From a virus (lineage: Duplodnaviria > Caudoviricetes), in the IMG/VR virus record IMGVR_UViG_3300028571_002227, positions 1-57,879 of that record: DNA of 57,879 bases. One strand, written 5' to 3'. Of this stretch, positions 46,920 through 57,565 are shown in pieces. Below the pieces are notes generated by a model. The model had not been told where the DNA came from and did no database searches. It saw nothing but the letters and a program-made list of their open reading frames with translations. The position numbers were made by a program, and so were the translations under genes. How positions within the stretch are numbered: position 1 is the first letter of the stretch; each line of letters begins with the position of its first letter.

Positions 46920-47933
46920 ATGAAAATTAAAGCCGGACAAAAAATAATAGATTTAATAAGAGGTAAAAAAACTGGGGCATCAAAAGCAGAATCTAAATTG
47001 CAGATTAAGTATAATTTACTTACGGAAAAATTGTCGAAATTCGACTTGGAAGGAATATTTCAAACATATGCGTTATTAGCTGATGATTATTCAAAAGAAA
47101 TGTTTATTAAAGTCATGCAATATCGACTTACAGAGGCTAAAAACGTACTTCCGCCACAAAAAATGTATGATCAGGAAATACTCAAAACTTTAAAAATAAG
47201 CGATGAAATGATTAAAATTTGGAATTTCAATCTTCAACTACTTGATTTAAATAACCTTGGATATGACGTAAAAGTATATAACGATCCGGGTGGCTTAAAA
47301 ATGGGGCTTGGACAATACAAATACGCAAATGATAAGATAAGTATTAAGGTCGAAGAGGGTGATTATGTTATTGATGGCGGTGCTTGTTATGGTGATACAG
47401 CATTGTATTTTGCCCATGATGTGGGAGCAAATGGCAAAGTGTTCTCTTTTGAATTTTTAAAAGACAATGTTGAAATGTTTAATAAAATGCTTGATTTAAA
47501 TCCTGAATTAAAAAATAGAATACAACTTTTTAAAAATGCTCTTTGGGAAAATTCAAATGAACATTTGTACGTAATTGGCAATGGTCCGGCAACAAACTGC
47601 TCGTTAGAAAAACCTGAAAAATATGACGCTCAAGTCCAAACAAAATCGATTGATGACATGGTAAAAGAGCAAAATATTGAAAAAATCAATTTTATAAAAC
47701 TTGATATTGAAGGTGCTGAACTTGAATGCTTGAAAGGTGCTAAAAATACTATTCAAACATTCAAACCGAAACTTACAGTTTGTTTATATCATGATCAAAC
47801 TCATTTTGTATCAATACCAAAATATTTAAAACAATTGGTTCCTGAATATGATTTTTATCTTGATCATCATACCGAAAGTTTGGGAGAAACCGTTTTGTAT
47901 GCTACGATCCAAGGAGAATCAAATAATGGATAA
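46920..47933 (+). CDS. FkbM family methyltransferase
   Basis: VIDGGACYGD, FIKLDIEGAE, CLYH. Confidence 0.92.
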   Translation: MKIKAGQKIIDLIRGKKTGASKAESKLQIKYNLLTEKLSKFDLEGIFQTYALLADDYSKEMFIKVMQYRLTEAKNVLPPQKMYDQEILKTLKISDEMIKIWNFNLQLLDLNNLGYDVKVYNDPGGLKMGLGQYKYANDKISIKVEEGDYVIDGGACYGDTALYFAHDVGANGKVFSFEFLKDNVEMFNKMLDLNPELKNRIQLFKNALWENSNEHLYVIGNGPATNCSLEKPEKYDAQVQTKSIDDMVKEQNIEKINFIKLDIEGAELECLKGAKNTIQTFKPKLTVCLYHDQTHFVSIPKYLKQLVPEYDFYLDHHTESLGETVLYATIQGESNNG

Positions 47934-48765
47934 TTTAAAATTAGTAAATAAAAAAAATTCAGAAGACAAAACGACCTTTAAAATAGGTAATATAGAAGTT
48001 GGCGAGGACTTTTTAATGATTGCAGGTCCTTGCAGTGTTGATAATGAAGAACAAATTATTCAAACCGCTATTGCTGTTAAAAAAGCCGGTGCAAATATGT
48101 TGAGGGGTGGAGCCTATAAACCTAGGACTTCTCCTTATGCTTTTCAAGGGCTAGGATTGAAGGGATTGCAATATTTGAAAAAAGCTGGTGAAATTGCTGA
48201 TTTACCTATTATTACAGAAGTTGTAGATACAAGAGATGTTTATTTAGTAGCAGAATATGCTGATGTTTTACAGATAGGTGCCAGGAATATGCAAAATTTT
48301 TCTTTACTTCAAGAAGCTGGACGTACAAACAAACCAGTGTTGTTAAAGAGGGGCTTCTATGCGACCTTGGAAGAATGGTTAAATGCAGCAGAATACATTA
48401 TGAACGAAGGTAATCAACAAGTAATACTGTGCGAAAGAGGGATTCGGACAGTTGAGACTTACACACGGAACACTTTGGATTTGAGTGCTGTTGCTTCATT
48501 AAAAAATATAACTCACCTTCCAATAATAACCGATCCGTCCCATGCCACTGGCAGACTTGAACTAATAGAACCGATGTGTTTAAGCTCTATTGTTGCAGGA
48601 TGTGATGGATTAATGCTCGAGGTGCATATCAATCCTAAAGACGCCTTATGCGATGCTAAACAGGCTTTGAATCCTATACAATTTTCAAATATAATGTCGA
48701 AAATTAATTTAACTAACAATTTCTATAATAATTTGTATCATGAAGAAATCGTCAAAATGTCCTAA
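47926..48765 (+). CDS. aroF: DAHP synthase, type I-beta, lacking N-terminal regulatory domain
   Basis: IAGPCS, RGGAYKPRTS, QIGARNMQN, LCERG, DPSH. Confidence 0.92.
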   Translation: MDNLKLVNKKNSEDKTTFKIGNIEVGEDFLMIAGPCSVDNEEQIIQTAIAVKKAGANMLRGGAYKPRTSPYAFQGLGLKGLQYLKKAGEIADLPIITEVVDTRDVYLVAEYADVLQIGARNMQNFSLLQEAGRTNKPVLLKRGFYATLEEWLNAAEYIMNEGNQQVILCERGIRTVETYTRNTLDLSAVASLKNITHLPIITDPSHATGRLELIEPMCLSSIVAGCDGLMLEVHINPKDALCDAKQALNPIQFSNIMSKINLTNNFYNNLYHEEIVKMS

Positions 48766-48999
48766 CTTTAACATTTGACCGAGGATTGGGAGGCTTGACA
48801 CCATGTCTTTTGCAAATCAAAAAGCCAGCTATATTCTTCATTTTAGCTTATTCTTCGGCTGAAACATTGCAATCAAATGCAAATACTTTTATCCAGTTTT
48901 TGCATTTTTATTCATTCCGACTAAATTTTCGACAAATATTTTAAGCTTAATAAAGAAATTTTAGGCTCAAAAAAATATCCTGCTAATTTATTCAGTGGG

Positions 49000-49311
49000 T
49001 TCAGTTTTCAAAATTTAATCCCGACATTTTCCTGTGTAATGATAGATGCCAAAACCTTAAAAGGTGCCAATTTTGATACCAGTATTCAGGCTTTTTGGGA
49101 TCATTGGATTTGGGCTCATTTAGCTTATTACAACTATTTTTATTATATAGACAAGAAATTAACACTCTGGAGAATGCACAAAAATAGCTATATCGAACAA
49201 AAACAACAGAAAAACGAAAAAGCTTTTTTGGCTAGTATTTTAAAATCTCTCGAAAAAAGTAACGCCAATAAAAATATGTTTTTTTTGGGAATAGGCACAA
49301 ATATCCTATGA
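49000..49311 (+). pseudogene. Glycosyltransferase family 2 C-terminal fragment
   Basis: NLIPTFSCVMI...WDHWIW...LTLWRMH; N-terminal domain not found. Confidence 0.55.
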
Positions 49312-49348
49312 TTGAAAAATCATCCAGAGGTTTTTTTAGGAAATTTGT

Positions 49349-51172
49349 TTAAGCCATTGCTTCAGTTTTTGCAAACTGCATTTCATAAAGGTGTTTATAT
49401 TTTCCATTCTCGATATTTATTAATTCTTCATGAGTTCCAATTTCAGCCAATTCACCTTCATTTATAACCGCAATTCTATCGGCATTTTGAATTGTTGAAA
49501 GTCTATGAGCGATTACAAAAACTGTTTTGTTTTGCATCAAGTTGTCCAAGGCTTGCTGAACAATCGCTTCTGATTTGTTATCAAGAGCTGAAGTTGCTTC
49601 ATCAAGCACAACTATCGGAGCGTTTTTAAGCATAGCACGAGCAATTGCTACACGTTGTCTTTGTCCGCCTGAAAGAGTTGATCCTCGTTCTCCTACAAAT
49701 GTATCTATGCCGTCTTCAAGAGAGCCGATAAATTCATCCAAATGTGCCATTCTTATAACTTCGTCTAATTCTTCTTCTGATGCAGATTTTCTGCTCATCA
49801 TGATATTTTCTTTAATCGTACCTGAAAATAAGAAATTATCTTGAAAAACAAAAGAAATCTGTTCTCTTAATGAAGTTAAGGTGAAACTTCTTAAATCCAC
49901 TCCATCGATTTCAATCGAGCCGGATTTTACATCGTAAAAACGAGGAATAAGATTAACTACAGTGCTTTTGCCACCGCCTGAGTTACCGACAAGTGCGATT
50001 GTTTGGTTTTTAGGGACTGTTAATGAAAAATTCTTAAGAACTGGAACACCTTCATTATATTCAAAATAAATATTCTTAAATTCGATTTGTTTGTCAAAGC
50101 TTTTTAATTCAATTGCGTTAGGTTCTGTTTTGATTTCAGGAACCAAGTCAAACAGTTCAAATACTCTACCCATTGCAACGAATGTTCCTTGCAGCCCTGC
50201 AAGCGTTTGTCCTAGACCTTTTACTGGCTTGTAAAGCAATAATAATGAAGTTACAAAGGCAGCAAAGCTACCGCTTGTAAGTTCGCCACTTATAATCAAA
50301 TGGTTTCCATATGCCATTACAATAGCAATCCCAAAAGATGCAACCAAATACATGATTGGAGATAACCAGCCAACACGCTTAGTAAGAGTCATTGACAAAT
50401 TAAACGACTCGTTGACTTGACCCTGAAAAGCCTGATTCTGTTGTTCTTGTAAGTTATATGCAGCTATAATTTTATTTCCAGAGAAGGTTTCGTTAAAATT
50501 CGTTACCATCCCCCCGCCGACAACCATTCCTTGGTTAGAAACTTTCTTAACTATTTTTCTAATAAAAGCGACCGGCAACATTGCAAGCCCCAATACGGTA
50601 ACGCCAATAATTGCAAGCTTCCACGCTGTATACATTAAAACTGCGACTAGCCCTACAATCCCAAAAGCTGTAGATATAAAGGTTTTTACATTATCGATAA
50701 TACTTCTTGAAGCAGCGTCAGGATCGCCTAAAAATCTTGTTAAAACAAGTCCTGATGAATTAATATCATAAAATTTTGGGCTTAGTGAGGTTAATTTTCT
50801 GAATAAATCAACTTTTAATGCATTTGCAACTTTCATCCCTGTCCAATCAGTCAAATATGTATTTAAATATTTTAATCCACCTTGAAAAACGGCAAAAGTT
50901 ATAATTGCTGGTGGGATTATAGTTGCCCAAAAATGTCTGCTATGGAAAGTTCTACCAAGAAATTCAAATGTCGCCAGAGAATTTCCGTTGATAACATTAT
51001 CTAAATAAGGTTTTAATGCAATCGCAGTAACACCATCTAACAGACCTAACGGAACTGCTATCAATAGCCCTAAAATAGCCCTTCCCATTACGGGTTTTAT
51101 GTACGGAAAAATTCTTTCTAGTAAATAACCATATCTAAATGCGTCTTTTGACACTGTATCATTTAATTTCAT
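49349..51172 (-). CDS. msbA: MsbA-like ABC exporter (permease + ATPase)
   Basis: 6-TM domain, GNSGGGKS, LSGGQRQR, VLDEATSALD, IAHRL. Confidence 0.85.
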   Translation of the reverse strand: MKLNDTVSKDAFRYGYLLERIFPYIKPVMGRAILGLLIAVPLGLLDGVTAIALKPYLDNVINGNSLATFEFLGRTFHSRHFWATIIPPAIITFAVFQGGLKYLNTYLTDWTGMKVANALKVDLFRKLTSLSPKFYDINSSGLVLTRFLGDPDAASRSIIDNVKTFISTAFGIVGLVAVLMYTAWKLAIIGVTVLGLAMLPVAFIRKIVKKVSNQGMVVGGGMVTNFNETFSGNKIIAAYNLQEQQNQAFQGQVNESFNLSMTLTKRVGWLSPIMYLVASFGIAIVMAYGNHLIISGELTSGSFAAFVTSLLLLYKPVKGLGQTLAGLQGTFVAMGRVFELFDLVPEIKTEPNAIELKSFDKQIEFKNIYFEYNEGVPVLKNFSLTVPKNQTIALVGNSGGGKSTVVNLIPRFYDVKSGSIEIDGVDLRSFTLTSLREQISFVFQDNFLFSGTIKENIMMSRKSASEEELDEVIRMAHLDEFIGSLEDGIDTFVGERGSTLSGGQRQRVAIARAMLKNAPIVVLDEATSALDNKSEAIVQQALDNLMQNKTVFVIAHRLSTIQNADRIAVINEGELAEIGTHEELINIENGKYKHLYEMQFAKTEAMA

Positions 51173-51427
51173 ACTTTCCTCAAATCTTTATTAGTCTTTA
51201 ACAATATAAGTATTATTGTCGCACAAAAAAAAGAAATTTCCTTTTTGGGGCTTTGAAGTATAAACAATATGTGGACAACAAAAAGCGGGGTTTTTAGCAT
51301 ATAATTGATTTTGAAGCTGAGTTAGCACTGTAAAGCAACATGTTTCCATTACAAAAGTTAATAGAATTGTCCAGAATAAGCAAAAAATAAGATTGAGGGG
51401 ATTTAATAGAAACAAATAGGAGAAACT

Positions 51428-51754
51428 ATGAACATTCGCCCAATATCTTTTACAAGCAATAGCGTAACTCGCCCAAATACACTGAATTCAAATAAAACCA
51501 ATTCAATACAAAAGAGTGTCAGTTTCGGTATGACCGAATCGGAACATTCTGAAAAAATGTTTTGGCAGTTATTTGAAGAATTAAAACAAAGATATAACAT
51601 AAGCAAAGATAATCTATTGATGGCTCATGCTCAAGATATTGATAAAACTCCCGAATTTCTAGCAAAAGTAAAAAAAATAACAGATGATACCAGTGTTAAA
51701 TTACTTTTAAAGCAAGTACTTAATAATGCGTTGAATCAAAATATCCCCAAATAA
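51428..51754 (+). CDS. Hypothetical protein
   Basis: RBS AGGAG; low-complexity N-terminus MNIRPISF...SVSFG. Confidence 0.65.
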   Translation: MNIRPISFTSNSVTRPNTLNSNKTNSIQKSVSFGMTESEHSEKMFWQLFEELKQRYNISKDNLLMAHAQDIDKTPEFLAKVKKITDDTSVKLLLKQVLNNALNQNIPK

Positions 51755-51756
51755 TA

Positions 51757-52782
51757 TTAACCAATAATTTTATTTTCTAAATTGTTAATTTTGTTTTGTA
51801 ATATGTGAGAAATTTCCATTCCGGTAATTGCACCAATTCCAATCCCTAACAAAGAACCAACGTGTCCTTTTCTTGCAAGCAGGCTCCCCATCACTCCAAC
51901 TCCAGCCGTAACCGTTGCCACATTAATCGCTGACTTAATTGTTTGAGACGTTCCCTTAACCACTTTTTCTTTTGCCGTATCGGGCTTGATAAAAGATTTA
52001 ATAATAGCTGGAATCTCAAGTGCCGATAAAACAATCAACCCCATCACTGGCGTTCTTAAAAGAATTCTTCCAGCTAATTTGGGTAAGGTTTTTCCTTCAA
52101 GCTTACAAGCCCTTACTTCTATATTCTTTATTACAGCTTGTTTATTATTATTCAATTTTACTTGTTGCACAACACGTCCAGTAGGCAACATTTCTGAGAT
52201 ATTAATATTCCATTTATCTTGTAAATATTCACCAAGCTTAGTATTGTACAAAGATTTATCAAAATCATGTAACTTTGCTCCGAATTTTCCAAATTTATTA
52301 ATCAAGGACTCTAAAAAAGTCCCTCTAATGAATGAAAACTCAGCTTGGAATTCTTTGGGGTCACATTTCTGAATGCCTGTTCCTGCAATCTCTTTAATTG
52401 CATATTTCAAATCTCTCGTGTCTTCCGGAAGGTTTACAACCGCAAGGCCCAAAAGTCCAGCTGCCTTGGTATAATTTGAGTCCTTTATGTTGTCCGATAC
52501 TCCCTCAAATCTTCTTACTGGTGCGATGGTTTCTAGTGCTGAAAATACAACATTTCTGTCAACATTTTTATCTTTTTGTGATGGCAATTTTAAGGTTCTT
52601 TTAATTAAGCCGATATCCTCAATAATTTGCGGGTTAATATTTCTGGTAGAAGAACGTCTGTCAATGACGCTTCTTCTGTCGTTTTCAATTGGGAATGATG
52701 ACTGCCTTCTGTCAGCTTGTTTAATGTTATATAATTTTAATATATCACTACTCAAATAATTCACCAAATGATTAACCTTCAC
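51757..52782 (-). CDS. Hypothetical membrane-associated protein with C-terminal glycine-zipper-like helices
   Basis: 341-aa ORF; GVGVMGSLLA...GSLLGIGIGAITG. Confidence 0.7.
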   Translation of the reverse strand: MKVNHLVNYLSSDILKLYNIKQADRRQSSFPIENDRRSVIDRRSSTRNINPQIIEDIGLIKRTLKLPSQKDKNVDRNVVFSALETIAPVRRFEGVSDNIKDSNYTKAAGLLGLAVVNLPEDTRDLKYAIKEIAGTGIQKCDPKEFQAEFSFIRGTFLESLINKFGKFGAKLHDFDKSLYNTKLGEYLQDKWNINISEMLPTGRVVQQVKLNNNKQAVIKNIEVRACKLEGKTLPKLAGRILLRTPVMGLIVLSALEIPAIIKSFIKPDTAKEKVVKGTSQTIKSAINVATVTAGVGVMGSLLARKGHVGSLLGIGIGAITGMEISHILQNKINNLENKIIG

Positions 52783-53228
52783 ATACTTATATAAAGTATT
52801 TTTGTTGTGAAAAATTGCCTAAGTCGCAAGTTTTCACAGAAAGATTCCACACGTTTGAGAATTTTCCCCTCGGATTTTTGACCTTTTTGAAGGTTACATA
52901 ATATCCAAATCAAATATAAAAATCTTTTGTATCGGGTTCAGCAGGGTCCCAGTCAGAGGCATGAATAGTTTTTTGATGTTTCTTCTCTACCTGATATTCC
53001 TTTTTCATAAATTATTCCAAAGCTGATTTTTAATCGTTGTACCTTATTTCTATCAATAATCAAGAATCTGCGATTAAAAAAAAACAAAAAGTACAAGAAA
53101 TTATTTAAATTATATATCGTACTCTTCATTGAATCATTGATTATTAATTTTATAGGTATAATTAAAACAAAACTCATTTTTTGTGTATAGAAACGCATAA
53201 TTACCCTAAATAAATTCTTGATGATTTT

Positions 53229-53362
53229 TTAGACTAAATATTGATTAGCAGTTTTAATAATTTCTTTAAACCCAGATTCAGTTAAGTCCAAATGCGGTCT
53301 TGCAGGGATTGTGACTTTTTGCCTTGGCCTGTGTTGCCACCGAGTTGGTGAATTGCGGCATG
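53229..53362 (-). pseudogene. Relic of a second gpG virion morphogenesis gene
   Basis: HAAIHQLGG...GK/VTIPARPHLDLT...* with 1-nt frameshift; 22/25 nt match to 36911-36935. Confidence 0.75.
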
Positions 53363-53488
53363 AAATGCAATTTAGAAATCAAGAGGTAAGTATTTAGAGG
53401 TTGGGGTAAAATTCAAAATCGGGATTTATATAATAATATTTTTCAGTTATTATATAAAATAAGCAATTCAAATAAAAGAGGTTGACTG

Positions 53489-54187
53489 GTGGCGAATAAA
53501 CCTAAAAATAGAATATCTCATATAACTTGGAATAAAGAAAAACGTATAATAGCAGTTGTTATTATAGGCTTATTGTTTGGAGTTTTAAAGCTAAATGACC
53601 TAAACGATTTCATTTCTATACTATTAGTGATTTCCATCGGAGTATTATTACCCAACTTATTTGACATTACTGATGTTATATTGAACAAAATCCTAGAATT
53701 GCAAGATGTAACAAATCCTAATCGTTATAAAAGAACGTTGGAAATTTATGACGATCGTTTAGAAAACTTTGCTAACCATTTTTATTTTTTTATCGCCGAA
53801 ATCCTAACAGCGCCTAAGAGGAAAATATTATTAAATAGAAAAGATTCAACTGTAAAATCAACAGCCAGAGCATTTCAAAATCTATTAAATGATGGGCAAC
53901 CTGATTTTATAAGAGTTATAAAAGATGAAAAAGAAACTTTTAGTGATGTTTCTTGGAACCATTTTAGTGCGACACAAGGTGAACTTTGTGATATATATAG
54001 AATTTTAAAATCTTTGCCAAAAGAATTAGAATTCACCTATAAACGTTATCCGGAATTTATAAATTTACAAAGTGCTTTTTATCAAATTAAAGATACGCTC
54101 ACCTATAATGCTTCTTCAAGAGCATGTGAAGCATTTGTGGAAGCTTTTTTAAAAGATTTAATTATGTATTGTAAAATTGATACATAG
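53489..54187 (+). CDS. Hypothetical protein with two N-terminal TM helices
   Basis: GTG start with GAGG RBS; hydrophobic residues ~20-58. Confidence 0.7.
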   Translation: MANKPKNRISHITWNKEKRIIAVVIIGLLFGVLKLNDLNDFISILLVISIGVLLPNLFDITDVILNKILELQDVTNPNRYKRTLEIYDDRLENFANHFYFFIAEILTAPKRKILLNRKDSTVKSTARAFQNLLNDGQPDFIRVIKDEKETFSDVSWNHFSATQGELCDIYRILKSLPKELEFTYKRYPEFINLQSAFYQIKDTLTYNASSRACEAFVEAFLKDLIMYCKIDT

Positions 54188-54236
54188 AAAAAATATTGTA
54201 CCTATTAACCCTAGGCTACAAAAGTGAGGAAGGTTT

Positions 54237-55163
54237 ATGACACTAAGTTATTCAGGACAAGTTATTGCAAACAATCAGGGGTCTGTTTCTATATTAATTA
54301 CTGACCCAATGGGCGGTTATGGTTTTTATAGAGGTGAAAATGACGATAATGGGGAGTTTAAGGCATCTTTCAAGAGGGATAGTAGAGGTTCTCTCAATCA
54401 CTGCAAAAAATATATTCAAAAACAGATGTTTTTATGTTGGTTTACTCAAACTCCTTATTATAAATTTTTTACATCTAAAAAATTTATGGGTGGTGATTTT
54501 CTTTTAGATAAAGAAGCCATTGCACAGCATTACGGCTTTGCAACAAATTATCTAGATATAACATGCAATATTGAAGTTGCTGAGTTTTTTGCATATACAT
54601 ATACTGATAAAAACGGCCATTATCTTCCAATTAGTAATTTTAGCGAAATTCAACCTTGCTTGTACTTAAGTTCTGGTTCGGAATTATTTGATCCAAGAAA
54701 TACAGACTTTAATATTATCGGATTCCAAGTTTTAACAAGACCAATGTGGCAATATGCAATGGCGATTGATTTGTCAAATCCCAAATATGATTACAATAAA
54801 TTATTTACAAAAACTCTTTTACCCAAAGACCCTGCAAGAGCAAGGAAAATATATGAGAAGTTTAATGGTGGAGAATATCTATTTCCAAAAGATTGTGCAG
54901 GAATAATAGAAAACAGTATAAAAAAACATAAAGGATTAAATATTCATTTATTTAACCAGTACTGTAAACTTTTCAATATAAATTCTAATTTAAAAACAGA
55001 ATTAAAAAATGAATTTAAGGAAAAAAAATATTTCTTTGATAAGAGTTACTTTCCCGTAGATGAAAACACTCAAAAGGCAATGCAAAAAGAAATTGAAGAA
55101 GCAATTTTACCATGGATAAATCAACATATTCAGCCAGCCAGTTTATGTTGTAAACCAATTTAA
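54237..55163 (+). CDS. FRG domain protein
   Basis: FYRGE and AIAQHYGFATNYLDIT..IEVAEFFA motifs. Confidence 0.85.
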   Translation: MTLSYSGQVIANNQGSVSILITDPMGGYGFYRGENDDNGEFKASFKRDSRGSLNHCKKYIQKQMFLCWFTQTPYYKFFTSKKFMGGDFLLDKEAIAQHYGFATNYLDITCNIEVAEFFAYTYTDKNGHYLPISNFSEIQPCLYLSSGSELFDPRNTDFNIIGFQVLTRPMWQYAMAIDLSNPKYDYNKLFTKTLLPKDPARARKIYEKFNGGEYLFPKDCAGIIENSIKKHKGLNIHLFNQYCKLFNINSNLKTELKNEFKEKKYFFDKSYFPVDENTQKAMQKEIEEAILPWINQHIQPASLCCKPI

Positions 55164-55221
55164 AATTAAATATCTAAGCACATCGCCGTACATTTCTACT
55201 TGCAAAACTTCATCAGACCAG

Positions 55222-55788
55222 CTATTTATGTAGAATAATGCTTAAGCACTTGTCGATTTCTTCAATATCAGGTTCTGCTTTGTCCCAAGTTGCACCACAC
55301 TCGCCGTACAACTTGTATGTTTCCAAAAAGCCAACAAGCTTAAACCATTGTTCTTCTTTAATTAATTGCAGAATTCCGGCGATACGATTTACCATGTATT
55401 TATTTAATGTCATCATATCTTCATCTGATAATTTACCATCTACGTGCATATCTTCAACCGGTCCGTTTCTGAATGCATAATTAGTAATAATTTTAGAAAA
55501 TTTATCAATATCAAAATTGTCGAAAAAGACTTTCTTCATTGTTTCATTGGTATTCTTCGAAACATTGTCAATCAAATTAGTTGCAGTTGTTTCCATAAAT
55601 TTTATACCGAATTTTTTTCTTTTGTAATCTATTTGAGATTTTTTTGCACCGTATAAGTGCGAGATTAAAACCGTAGGGATTTTTTCACCAGTATAAAGTT
55701 TGCGTAATTGGTCTTCAGAAATATCCGCCCAAGAAAGCTTGATGCCGGATTCTTTTTGTTTATTTAATTCATCATAAGTAAATATCAT
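55222..55788 (-). CDS. Hypothetical protein with HTH-like N-terminus
   Basis: LRKLY...ISHLYGAKKSQIDYKRKKFGI; FRNGPVEDMH. Confidence 0.7.
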   Translation of the reverse strand: MIFTYDELNKQKESGIKLSWADISEDQLRKLYTGEKIPTVLISHLYGAKKSQIDYKRKKFGIKFMETTATNLIDNVSKNTNETMKKVFFDNFDIDKFSKIITNYAFRNGPVEDMHVDGKLSDEDMMTLNKYMVNRIAGILQLIKEEQWFKLVGFLETYKLYGECGATWDKAEPDIEEIDKCLSIILHK

Positions 55789-55885
55789 TAAAATTATTCC
55801 TTAATTTTATATCAACAATATTAACAGAAATATTATTTTTACGAAACAATATCTTCTTTATTGTATAATTTACATGAGGTAATTT

Positions 55886-56167
55886 ATGACTGATATTAAT
55901 CCAATATATAAACATGATTGTAGTGAATGCAAATATTTAGGAACATATACTCCTACTGATAATACAATTCAACCAATTGCTGAATATGACCTTTATGCTC
56001 ATTTAAGAGAGAAAATGGTTGAATTGATTGCGCGATATAGTGATAATCCTCCTGATTATTTAAGCGGTTGTTATTTTATAGGATATTCTGAAGAAGAAAA
56101 TATTTCTTTACAAATGCCAATTTATAAAGAAATATTCAATAGATATAACGAAAAGACTAAAGACTAA
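55886..56167 (+). CDS. Small hypothetical protein
   Basis: RBS GAGGT; HDCSEC motif. Confidence 0.65.
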   Translation: MTDINPIYKHDCSECKYLGTYTPTDNTIQPIAEYDLYAHLREKMVELIARYSDNPPDYLSGCYFIGYSEEENISLQMPIYKEIFNRYNEKTKD

Positions 56168-56229
56168 AAAATATAAACAAAAATATTTACACGAAAAATT
56201 ATGGAATTTTAAGAACTGAAGGAAACAAA

Positions 56230-57420
56230 ATGTCATTAGAAATTTTTATTACTGAAAATGATATTCGATTGGAATATTCACCAATGAATGGGATTGATTG
56301 GATTGAAGAAAGACTAAATAATGATGAAGTCATAACAATTAAAAAAACGTTTTCTGTAACACAAGAGAATTTACAAGGAACCGATAAAGAATATGTAGAA
56401 ACGATAACGTTTCTTATTGGCAGAATTGATGGCAATTATTATAGAATTTTTAATGCTATTTTAGATACAAGTTTTGATGTATTAATCCATAAATCTTATG
56501 GCAAACTTTCTATAAAAACATTTGTTGTGAATAATAAAATTTCTATATTTAAAGAAATTGAAAAAGTTGCAGGGCAGCAAATTACTATTGGTGGAGACGA
56601 AGATGACTTAAATTTTATTCCTATTGATGTTTTTAATGATATTTTGTTTTCTTTTCCAACTCAAACTGAAAAAGACTATTATGTTAAATCTCGAGTTAGT
56701 AATGTAATATCGCAATATTTAGACAATGTTAAAGATTATGGTAAAGCCTTTGAGAAATACCTCGAAAAAAAACAAAAAATAGTTAGGATAAGCTCTATTC
56801 CCTCTATAAATGAATATGAACAAGAAAAATACTCATTTATTTTAGATAAATTAACTGAAATGCTTAATAATTCAGAGACTTACCTTGAAAAAGATTGGCA
56901 AAATGAGATATTAAAAATAATATTAATCATCTATCCCAAATATATAAAATGTTTTTCAAATGTACAAATAAAAGATTATACGAATCCTAAAAAAACTGTT
57001 GATAGATATATAGATTTAATGTTAGTTGATACAAATGGAAGTATAGATGCAATTGAAATTAAGAAGCCTTACGAGCATTGTGTTATATCATCGAGTGTTT
57101 ATCGAGACAACTATGTTCCTTTAAGAGAATTATCTGGAGCCATCATGCAGGTGGAAAAATATATTTTTCATTTAAATCAATGGGGTATAAATGGAGAAAA
57201 AACTCTCAATACTAAGTACAAAAATGATTTGCCAGAAAACTTGAATATAAAAATAATTAATCCAAAAGGTTTTGTTATTTTAGGTAGAGATTGCAATTTA
57301 TCCCCAGAACAAAAATTTGACTTAGAAATCATAAAACGAAAATATGCAAATATTATTGATATTATTACTTATGATGATTTGATAAAGAGATTAACTTTTT
57401 TACTAAAAAAAGTTATTTAA
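56230..57420 (+). CDS. sduA: Shedu (SduA/DUF4263) anti-phage nuclease
   Basis: EKDWQ, IDLMLVD, IEIKKP, ELSGAIMQVEKY, VILGR, IITYDDL. Confidence 0.85.
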   Translation: MSLEIFITENDIRLEYSPMNGIDWIEERLNNDEVITIKKTFSVTQENLQGTDKEYVETITFLIGRIDGNYYRIFNAILDTSFDVLIHKSYGKLSIKTFVVNNKISIFKEIEKVAGQQITIGGDEDDLNFIPIDVFNDILFSFPTQTEKDYYVKSRVSNVISQYLDNVKDYGKAFEKYLEKKQKIVRISSIPSINEYEQEKYSFILDKLTEMLNNSETYLEKDWQNEILKIILIIYPKYIKCFSNVQIKDYTNPKKTVDRYIDLMLVDTNGSIDAIEIKKPYEHCVISSSVYRDNYVPLRELSGAIMQVEKYIFHLNQWGINGEKTLNTKYKNDLPENLNIKIINPKGFVILGRDCNLSPEQKFDLEIIKRKYANIIDIITYDDLIKRLTFLLKKVI

Positions 57421-57421
57421 T

Positions 57422-57565
57422 CTATTTATTTTCAGGTAGGTTAATAAGTGCAAGGCTTGCCATTCCAAGTGCTGTTGCGATTTCTACGCGTTCTTTTACC
57501 TGCTGATAGTCATTTACTATCGCAGGATACTTATCAGAATTAAGATAAAATACTTTACTTACCAA
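57422..57565 (-). pseudogene. Truncated paralog of the 341-aa protein at 51757-52782
   Basis: ...TALGMASLALINLPE vs KAAGLLGLAVVNLPE; upstream regions share GTATTTT...GAAAAATTGCC. Confidence 0.55.

Noticed and set aside
37981-48765. AHBA/mitomycin-like natural product cluster (DegT + Gfo/Idh/MocA + DAHP synthase + ligase/ACP)
   Set aside because: Aminotransferase looks VioA-like; DAHP synthase is type I-beta rather than type II RifH; no dehydroquinate synthase, kinase or phosphatase
4765-56435. Most short antisense or nested ORFs in the ORF track (e.g. 4765-5019, 24683-25048, 33894-34295, 51986-52372, 52953-53198)
   Set aside because: Mostly shadow frames of well-supported genes, with no RBS or motifs; only the methyltransferase beta ORF and gpE' were kept
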